Shown here: piece after piece, positions 54,148 through 64,000 of the stretch
Position numbering within the stretch: position 1 is the first letter of the stretch
Layout of the letters: the number at the start of each line of letters is the position of its first letter
From: Paraspadella gotoi
Lineage: Eukaryota > Animalia > Chaetognatha
Direction of reading: 5' to 3'
Assembly (NCBI GenBank): GCA_051294375.1
Contig: CM119269.1
Location: 12,556,790 to 12,620,789 of the forward strand
Length of the DNA: 64,000 nt
Notes under the pieces: generated by a model
The model's database searches: none
What the model was told of the DNA's origin: nothing
What the model saw: only the letters and a program-made list of their open reading frames with translations
Program-made: the position numbers and the translations under genes

Positions 54148-54889
54148 TATAGGTTTTAAAAGGTATTAAAGAACAGGCTATGTCTTTGTGTATAAACAAT
54201 TTTCAAGTTTTTGCATATTTAAGTGCTTTTGTTTTTTTGTTTTGTTTTTTGGTTTTTTCTTTTTTGGCTATATCCTATTGATTTGCGAGGAAGGTACACC
54301 AGAAAATATATTTATAAATTATCACTTTATTGGTGTTAAAAAACAGAAACTGATCAATCAATGCCTGCTCCTTGTTTTTAAAATCATTTTTTAATCACTA
54401 CTAGGTAAACAAAAGAGTGAAATTGTTTTTTACTTTACAATAAAAAAATGTTTTCCGCCCTCCCCCCCCCCCACACAAAAAAAAGGCAGGAAAAAATGGC
54501 TCCCAAAAAAAATCGTTTTTTGCTCTCACCTTTTTTTGTTGTAAAAATGGTAATTTCCTCGCGTTTCTTGAGAATTTATAATTTTTGAGACTTGATCGAC
54601 TACAGTTGCGAGTTGCCACCGCAACTAGTTGTGCAGCAACCAGTTGCGATCGGCAACAGCAACCGTTATCCGCAGCCCGGCTCTGATTTTCGTCGTGCGT
54701 CGATCCAAATCCTTTTTTTTTAATTCGTCGTCGTCGTCGTCGTTTTTCTTTTTTTTTCTTTTTTTTTTTTGGTTTATATTTATATATTTATTTATATATT
54801 TTCACGTCACCGAGACGAACGAATATAATTTCTCTTTATTTTTTCTTTCGAAGGAGAGGAAGTTGTTGGTTAATTTTTTTTTTAAATCC

Positions 54890-55135
54890 CGCGTGTGACG
54901 GTTTTGAGATAAAGACCGCGGTCCACAATTCCGCGTCCGTCTGTCTCTCGCCCCCTTTTCCTCTATCTCACGATCTCTCTCTCTCGCTCACTCCGCGAGA
55001 GTCCGAGAGAGAGAATTCGTGGCACGCCCCCTGACGTCGTCCGGAAACGCGGGTGACGTCAAAGGCGACGCGGTCGGGTCACGTGATCATCTGCCGTGCG
55101 GGGGCGTCGTGACTGCAGCGAAATGGGGAGGTGAA
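54890..55135. promoter_or_regulatory. CpG-rich promoter-like island upstream of Syt1, with CRE, ETS-like and E-box motifs
   Basis: TGACGTCA at 55054-55061, TGACGTCG at 55032, CCGGAA at 55041 and GTCACGTGA at 55078-55086, clustered in a GC/CpG-rich patch within AT-rich DNA and lying 5' of the minus-strand Syt1 coding exons. Confidence 0.5.
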
Positions 55136-55568
55136 GAGTAATCGGGGTCGTGAGTGTTGAAAAAAATTAGATTTACGGGGAAAAGGAAATGAGACCTTAA
55201 ATTATTAACGTAATTAAATAATTATGAGTGACAATCAAAACAATAACCTTAAATAACGAAAAAGATAAAGAATAAATATATTTAAATCATTGATATTATC
55301 AGTAAAAAAAAATTGCATTCAAACACCCGCGGCATTTTAAAATACTTCAAATAATGCTGTTTCGTTTTATTCATACGATACTCAACTTTATTTCATTTTA
55401 TAATTGGCATCAGCGCTGGTCTCTTAATATCCGCCAAAATCTTTTGTTTTTGAGAAATAATTTTTTTAATTTTCGATTTCGAGAAAAATGCGAAAAAATG
55501 ATAGCCATTTGAGAACAATCACGGATACCGAATTTAATAAACATATGAATGAAGATAGGTATCGAAGG

Positions 55569-55668
<100 letters not shown>

Positions 55669-56149
55669 AAGAAAGAAAGAAAAAACGAAAGAGGGAAAGA
55701 AAGAAAGAAAAAAAGAAGGATGAAAGAAAAAAAGGAGAAAAAGAGAACTTTCTTGAGCAGCCTCTTAAAAAGCCGATCGAATTTTTCTTATCTGTTAAAT
55801 TGTTGACAAAATTTGAGATTTGGAATTCGCGATTCGAGCCTCAGAAATTCAGAGTAGAAGATATGAAGTCAAAAGAAATCAATAAATAAATATGAAAAAA
55901 AATACGATGCTATTCAAAAAAGATGATTAGTTTACTTTAAAAACTTGATTAAGTTACCAATCAAACCTTTTTACCAATAATCAACTTAAAAAAAGAAATA
56001 ATTTTGCTGCAGAAGCTAAAACGCGGTTGTCATCTTCCTTGACTGAAGCCAGTAACCGTGAACACTGAAATGCAGAAACAACAATCCATGCTCCACTGTC
56101 GTTCTCAAAGGTTAAGCGAGGCGAAGTTCCTGAGAAGAACATTTTACTT

Positions 56150-59100
56150 CGTCACAAAAAATTCGTCACCGATGGTAAAACTTAAATTTGTCTAGTTTAT
56201 TCTGAAAAATTTGTTCACGAAATTTATGAATCGGGAAGCTTCGAATACAGTAATATAACGAAATGCTTAATGTAAATATCCAAATACATAAATACTCGAT
56301 GAGTGCGTTTGAGGCAAAGGCACGCAGATGCCATGAAGTCGAGCGAGGATGACTCTACCAGCATTCTCTCCTTCTCGTCTCTCACCCCACCCCCGCCTCT
56401 CCCCACATTTTCTCCTATCCCCCCCCACTCCCAACCCCCCTCTCCCTCCCTCTCTCCCCTCCACCATCCCTTATCACTGACTCACTCTCTCTCTCAGCTC
56501 CTTCACCACCCTATCACCTCCACCACTCTACTTCTCCCCACTTCACTTCACGCCTTCCTTACCCCACCTATACTTCACTCTATACCACCTCCTTACTCTT
56601 GTTATCCTTCCCTCATCACATCCAATTCCCTGTCCCTCTTTATCTTTCTCATTTCTCTCATCCTTCCCGCTCGTACTCCTACTATCCATCACTTCACCCA
56701 TGCTTTTGTCTCCCTTTTTCCTTCTTCATCTCCCCTTTCATATCCAACCCTCCCCTCTATATCTTTTTTACTTTATTAGTCATCTTCTCTTCCACTTCTA
56801 CCAGTCTTTTCTTTTTGTTACTACATTCTTTTATATTCTTCTTATCACCTTTTTTTATTTTTGTAATTTTACCTAAGTTTAATACTATATTTATTGTATT
56901 TTAATTTTCTCTTTTCCATGACTGACCATACACATACTAATTAAATATAAAGTACAATAAAACAATTGTAAAATATAATTAATTAAAAATTATTAAAGTA
57001 CTTTCTATTAGCTTAAAATATTAATTCATAAACTTTTTAATTTTTTTTAATAATCAAAAACATATCATCTGTTTTTTTTTTTTTTTTTAGGATTTAAATT
57101 TTTTATAATTATTATTTCAATTAATTAATTTTACTTTAATAATTTTCTTTAATTAGTTATATATGAGATAGAGAAGATAGTGGAGAATGAAAATTATAGA
57201 TAGTGAAATATATATAAATACAGAGATATGTTAAGTCAGCAGTCTCAGCTAAACCAATACAATACACTTTACTCTGTTCCATCGCGTGAAAAGTGTCGCA
57301 TCGTTCTGCTTCTCTCCAACTTAACACTATCACTCTCTCCACATCTTCTCATTCAATCTCTCTCGTGCGTCTCTGCTCCTAACATCATCTCATATCAATC
57401 TATTTCTACGTCACTCGTCATCTCATCTCTCTCTTCATCTACGTCTTCTCTCTCCACTCACCTGACTATCAGTTCTTACCTTGACATATTAATTTAGAAT
57501 AGATTGCTCCAAGACGCTACAGGGATCCTATGTGCGAAGAGCTTTACGCGACGCTTCTTCCGGCGTCGGTCGTCGTCTAATCCCATCGCACGGCGCCGCG
57601 AGCGCCATCCGCTCTCCACCTCTAGTCGAAACATACAAGATGAGAGAAACGGTGAATCCGGTGAACTGATGTAAAAAACATGGCGGTTCATACGGAGTTT
57701 TTGATGGTCATATTCACACCGCCTCACGTCACACAAGTTCAGTATCAGACCAACCCATCCCATTGCGACTTACAAAGAGAGATGACCACGCAACCACACA
57801 CCCAGGGTCGTTATGATGATTCATCACAACAGTCATTCTTACACGACTTCCCTCTGCGTTGGAAAGCGAGACCGTCCAAATGGCATCACAAGCAAACACG
57901 GCTAGATCTAAGCATTACCAACTATCTTCTTAATATTCCCCATATCTATCCCTCGATCGGATGAATCTTAAGCGCAGAAGGATTTACATAAAACGCAAGA
58001 GAGGTGACTTGTAAAAAGTGGGTGAGGAATTACCCACGCATTCTCAACTGGAAGCAAGGAATCGCGAGTTCCTTCGATACTGATATCAAATACGCCTCGA
58101 GTTGCAGACGAAAGCGCGACCACTGTTCGCTTATTCTCGTATCAGAGAGGCCAAGAAAGAAACGTAATTGTGATTACACAGTAAGATTTGATTGCCAGAT
58201 TGACCGCATTAAGCGTAGTAAACATTTCCTATAGCTTCACACTTTAATAAAATCTCAAAGTGAGGACGAACAACCTTATACTTATGAGAAGGCATTTATG
58301 TATACCAATTTATAATAATTTTACAATTTACGCCAGTAGGACCATATTCGTATACTATATGAACCCATAAACTTTAAAGATTACAAAAACAGTTTCTAAG
58401 ATTTTTTTGCAGCTTATGGCATCGTCTAAAAGTTGATTAAACAAGAAATACAACTCTTTTGTGAAAAATTCCTTCATTATAAGTGGGATCCAAATTAGAA
58501 ACAAGCTATATTAAACTGAACAATTAAACTTTTTATATATAATATAGTTTTTTTAATTTTAACCACTTAATTGAAAGAATTTTTAAAAATGAATTATATT
58601 TTTCTTTCAATCAACTTTTGACGAGGAGATTCAATGCTGCAATCAAAATTAAGAAATCCCTATTGAAATTTTACGTAGTTTATAAGGAGAAGTACTATAT
58701 TACCTTAAGATAGCCTACATGCAAAAATTAAAAACATAAAATTAATTTTTTACAAAATAATGTTCACTGATGGGTATGTTGTGCAGTAATTGTCACTTTT
58801 AGAATTTTCGTGATGTATTCTGCACTACGCTACGAGCCATTGATCACCTGACCGGTGGAACGGGTGGCCAGGGATGGGGAACCCTGAATTACTCTTCACC
58901 GGTCGGAGAGGATGGCCACTCTGCACCACTGTTGGTCCAAAGCTCTAGAACACCAGCTGTCGACCACCATGAATACATCTTACCGTGAAGGGAGGTGGCC
59001 AGGGAAGGGGGACACTGATCACTAACGCGTGGAATAAGCGTGGCCAGGGAAGGGGGGGACCACTGATCTCTACCCGGTGTAGAGCGTGGCCAGGAAGGGG

Positions 59101-61064
59101 GGTCTCCACCAAATCTGACCCCGATGATCGCTCTACCTCCATCGAATCTCAGTATGGTTCAGGTCCGTACGGGGATAAACTGTAAAGAATATTAACACTT
59201 TAACTTATGGCTTTGCTTTATTCAACAAGATTTCAGCAAATGTCTGCCCAGATCATTACACAGCTTATTAATAATTTTATTATTAATTCAGTTACTTAAC
59301 TTAATCTCAGGAATTAATTAATTTAATTTCATTCGAAATGTTTGGTTTTTAGGTCTTTTTAAGTCACTGACGACGACAATAAAATGCCGATAACGATTGA
59401 GCTTAGTTGATTGACTGATTAAATGATTAATTAATTGATCAAATAAAAATTGATTGATTGAATAGATTTAATTAATAGATAAATAAATTTATTTATTAAA
59501 TTAAGATGATGAAAATACTGATAGATTGTTATTAATTGATCATGAAATCATTTTGATATTCTATGCATTTTTTAAAAAAAAAAAAAAAGCATCATTGTAA
59601 AGTTTGTTTCCTTAAATATTCACTAGGATCATCGAATATCCACTTATAATCTACTTAATAAAAAAATTAATATAGCCCTCATATGATATTCCACATGAGT
59701 GACATATTATGGACAACAAGTTCAGATAAGCAATGCATTTAATTTTAACAAGCGTATAAACAATAAAAGCAATAATCTCCATTAAGTTGATACAAGGTAT
59801 TTCAAGGTCAATTTTGACCAATAACATTTTCACAAACGGGAGTCATCGACGGAACGTCAGTTAGTTAAAGTTTCAAGTCTGTTATACAAATTGCAATGTC
59901 TAATAGCCTCATTGTAATTGCGTCAAATATGAACATATTTTTTGTTTTTAACATATTTTTCTTGCCGATACCATACTTAAACTCATCACACATTCTCCAA
60001 CAAATTTAATTCCAATCCATCCATCCAATCTACGAATAATTGGATGGAACGGTCGGACGGACAACCGGACGGACGAACGGACGGACGTTACATTGGTTTC
60101 TTTTTTCATAATTTACTCATAATTCGGTGTCCTGAATATGATATCAGTGGAAATGCCCGACAGATGCATGTGCGGACGACGGACCGACAAAGTGGATTAT
60201 AGAGCGGCGATCTAAAAATTAAATCTTGTTAAATGATGTGTAATAAACGTATATGCTTACACGTATTCATGAACTTACTCGCGCAACCTAATAATAATCT
60301 CAAAGCCTTTCGATATTTCAAGAATAGTTGTTTATATATATTTTTTTTAAATCAGGGCTTAAAACAACAAAAAAATGATTAAAATCTGAATTCTGTAATA
60401 ATTTTGAATTAAAAATCTGTCGTTTCAAACGTTTATAAAACCTGTTGGTGAAGGGAAGATAAGAATTCTGATGCTGGAGGCATTCTGATGGCGTTAAGTG
60501 TACCTAAGGGGAAAAGCAAGAAATGCACTTATTAAGTTATTTATTAATCCATAAACTAGCTTTATCTTGCTCCCGACTTTGGCAAGCTATACATACAAAC
60601 ACGTTTTAAACGAAATTAAAAAATATTATTTCTTTCCTTCAGCGTACACGAAAGAATGTCTTGCCACACGTGAGCTCGACAAGTAAACTATTTACATAAT
60701 TCCGGAATAAGATTAAATTTATATATTATTTATCCTGGCCCAGAAAAACCATTCATCCATACTCCCTCGTCAAACATATAAATTTACTAATTCTTGGAAC
60801 TTGATTCATTGTACGATGCACAGCGTTTGACAGCTTCCGTTCAAAACGACTCACGCATGCGCACTGCGCAGTGCCGCATTCGGCCTTGGCCCCTACGTCC
60901 CATTCCGGTCGATGCCACGAGTATTTCTTTTTTTCCGGTCATCCTCCTCTTCCTCCTCTGCATACTTTTTCTTTCCTCCTTCCTCTTCTCTCTGTCTCCT
61001 TCTAAAACAAAACGTTCGACATTCGAAGAATAAAGGTTGAACTTTCTCACCCCCTCTTCTTTCT

Positions 61065-61096
<32 letters not shown>

Positions 61097-61191
61097 TTTT
61101 CTTTCTTTCTTTCTTTCTTTCTGTTTCTTTCTTACTCTACTTTTCTTTCTTTCTTTCTTTCTTTCGTTTTTTTTCTTTCTATCTTTTTTGA

Positions 61192-61232
<41 letters not shown>

Positions 61233-61237
61233 CCCCT

Positions 61238-61274
<37 letters not shown>

Positions 61275-64000
61275 CCCCTCCCCTAAAATCCGGCGTCCAA
61301 ATTGAGTTCCTTATTTTTTCGTCTCTCGATTCTCCGTTAGTTAACGATTAACCTGATAGCGAGTAGAGCGGAACGACGGATTTTGATTGGATTGGTTGGA
61401 TCGAGAGGAGAGAGAGAGAGAGAGCAGAGAGAGAAGAGAGAGAGAGAGAGAGTAGGAAGGGAGAGAGAGAGAGGAGACTCTCGTGAGATAGGGCAGTGAT
61501 GAGAAGGATGATGCGACGAGTAGGAGAGAGAGAGAGAGAGAGGAGAGGGAGGGGGAGGAGGAGGAGAGAGGGAGGCAGGGAGGGAGGGTAGAGAGCGATT
61601 AGAGTAAGAGAGGGAGAAGAAGGCAGGAGAGTGAGAAAGAAAGTAAAAAGTAAAGAAAGAAAAGAAAGAAAGAAAGAAAGTAAAAGAAAGAAAGAAAAGA
61701 AAGAAAGCATGAAAGATAAGAAAGACAGGGAAAAAATCAAAAAAAAAAAAATAAAGAAAGAAAGATGGCGATAAAAAACCTTACATGAGTAATAAATCAG
61801 ACAGAAAAAGAAAAAGCAAGAAAAGCGAGATGCTCTTTTTTGGCCAAATCAGCTGACGATTGCAAGAGAAGCAAAGAGAAAGAGATTCAACAAGGGAGGA
61901 GGAGTGAATCGCGAGAAAGAGAACCGCTGCGATGGAAGAGGGGGCGTAGGGGGGCAGTAGGAATGGATGACCTTTACATGAAACGAAGGAAGTTAAAGAG
62001 GAGCTGAAGTGGAAGGGCAAAACTAAAATGCGATTATAAAGAATTGAGAATAAACACGATTTAAAAGAACAAGACAAGAAAAAAAAAAGAATAAATTTAA
62101 TGAAAGAAGCTAGAAAGGAAATTAAAAGTAAAAGTAAGTTCAGGAAATCCCCGTTCCATGAGGTAAGTTCCCGCTTCTATAGCAGGAATTTATGCTCTTT
62201 TAAGCAGGTGAAGATTAAAAAAAAAGTTTTTTTACAATATTCAACGCATCGTGTTGACAGCCTGGTAAAAGGTTGGCCAATAAACCAAACTTAGTTCACT
62301 TCCAAGAAGATACATCTGAAATTCCATTTGGCTTAACTGACTCTATTCAAGGCGACATAATAGAGCAATTGACACAAAGATAATACAAGAATCCCTAAAC
62401 ACACATCACTTTATTATTCTTACCGGGGGAAGGGAATAAAGAGAGATATATTACGAGAAATATATCATGATTATTTATTCCACGGTTTCTGTCTGAAGAC
62501 CGCAGAGGAAGGAAGCAAGTTTGAAACCAACGTTCAGGCGTCTATTTTGCGTTTTGTTGCGGCCCAGGGATTCTGGGGACAGGGAGGATGTGTTCATGTG
62601 TTTTTTTTTTTTGTTTGTGTTTTCGTTTTAATTCGGCCGACTTTTTATCGCTTTGTTTAAAAATATCCAGAGAATCAGAAGTTTGTGTAGCTGAATTCAC
62701 GATTTTTTTTTCTGGGGACGTTGGCGTGGTCAGTCTTGTAGTGCCTTTTTGTTTATATAATTTTTTTTTTTTTTCGTTTAGTTTGTTTTTCTTTTCGCAG
62801 CTTCAGACGATAAAAAGAGAGAAAAGTGTTTCTTCCTAATTTTTTTGTCGCTTATGTCGCGAATAGTGTCTTCCACGAATATTTATAATATTATATATAG
62901 GGTTATATAATTTACATAACGTCATGTATATAATTTCTTAGTTTTTCAGGTTGGGTTGTTAGCGAGATCGGAACTACCAAGCTGGTTTAGCGAATGCCTT
63001 GGCGAGTCCTTAGGAGAGTGACGCTTGAGCTAATGAAATGGTTTTTCTTTGAGATATGCCCTAAAAAGAAAATGGTTTTTTCTTTGAGATATGCCCTAAA
63101 AAAAAGGTTTTTCTTTGAGATATGCCCTAAAAAGAAAATGGTTTTTGTTTAAGATATTCCCTGAAAAAATGTTTTTTCTTTGAGATATGCCCTAAAAAAA
63201 TGGTTTTCTTTAAAGATATGCTCTAAAAAGAAATGGTTTTTCTTTGAGGTAAGCCCTAAAAGAAATAACGAGTATTAAATTAAAATCTGAGTTTTTTAAA
63301 CTAGTTTTAAACTTTATTATTATTTTATTATTCTTTTATTATTCTTTTCGCTAGCGGAGTGATGTAAAAAATATTTTTATGATTCTGCCTTCGGTAATAA
63401 TGTTTCCTTACTTCTTATATGTTCTAAGGTTTTAAAAGGTATCAAAGAACAGGCTATGTCTTTGTGTAATAAACATTTCAAGTTTTTGCATATTTAAGTG
63501 CTTTTGTTTTTTTGTTTTTTTGTTTTTTGGTTATTTTTTTTTGCTATATCCTTTGATTAGCGAGAGGTACACCAGAAAATTATTTTATAAATTATCACTT
63601 TATTGGTGTTAAAAAACAGAAAACTGATCAATCAATGCCTGCTCCTTGTTTTTAAATCATTTTTTAATCACTACTAGGTAAAAACAAAAAGTGAAAATTG
63701 TTTTTTACTTTACAATAAAAAAAGTTTTCCGCCCTCCCCCCAACAAAAAAAAAGGCAGGAAAAAAATGGCTCCCAAAAAAAAATCGTTTTTTGCTCTTCA
63801 GCCTTTTTTGTTGTAAAATGGTAATTTCCTTCGCGTTTCTTCGAGAATTTATAATTTTGAGACTTGATCGACTACAGTTGCGAGTTGCCACCGCAACTAG
63901 TTGTGCAGCAACCAGTTGCGATTGGCAACAGCAACCGTTATCGCAGCCCGGCTCTGATTTTCGTCGTGCGTCGATCCAAATCCTTTTTTTTTAATTCGTC
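56150..64000 (+). repeat. noisy re-copy of about 45050-50543 plus 54148-54730 (degraded Syt1 luminal exon at about 57472-57621; intact exon-1 copy at 60855-60903)
   Basis: Collinear matches, e.g. 56191 vs 45119, 57601 vs 45678, 60241 vs 47403 and 63861 vs 54588, interrupted by unalignable low-quality patches. Confidence 0.88.

Noticed and set aside
57472-57621. Syt1 pseudogene exon
   Set aside because: The degradation pattern matches raw read error in a duplicated block, so it was not called as a biological pseudogene.

Overview
AT-rich, intron-dense animal (bilaterian-like invertebrate) genomic DNA, not prokaryotic; most ORF-track entries are exon fragments or microsatellite noise. Two minus-strand genes can be reconstructed by hand with GT-AG boundaries. 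(1) scribble (LAP4: LRRs, LAP-specific region, 4 PDZ domains, very long low-complexity tail): ATG at 27527, 39 coding exons in the window with consistent phases, running off the left edge. (2) synaptotagmin-1: probable ATG at 48065, stop at 36353, with a single unresolved phase junction at 45562. The most notable biology is hidden alternative splicing in Syt1: a tandemly duplicated 66-nt C2B Ca2+-loop exon pair, three candidate alternative luminal juxtamembrane exons and a 27-nt C2A-C2B linker microexon. Scribble has a modular phase-0 tail and a candidate exon that could end in a PDZ-binding motif. Repeats include a TA-flanked foldback MITE, a tRNA-derived SINE, a two-copy structured tRNA-containing element, and mini- and microsatellites. 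The region from about 50.5 to 64 kb consists mostly of indel-rich re-copies of the Syt1 5' region around a 25-N gap, most likely an assembly artefact from uncorrected long reads.
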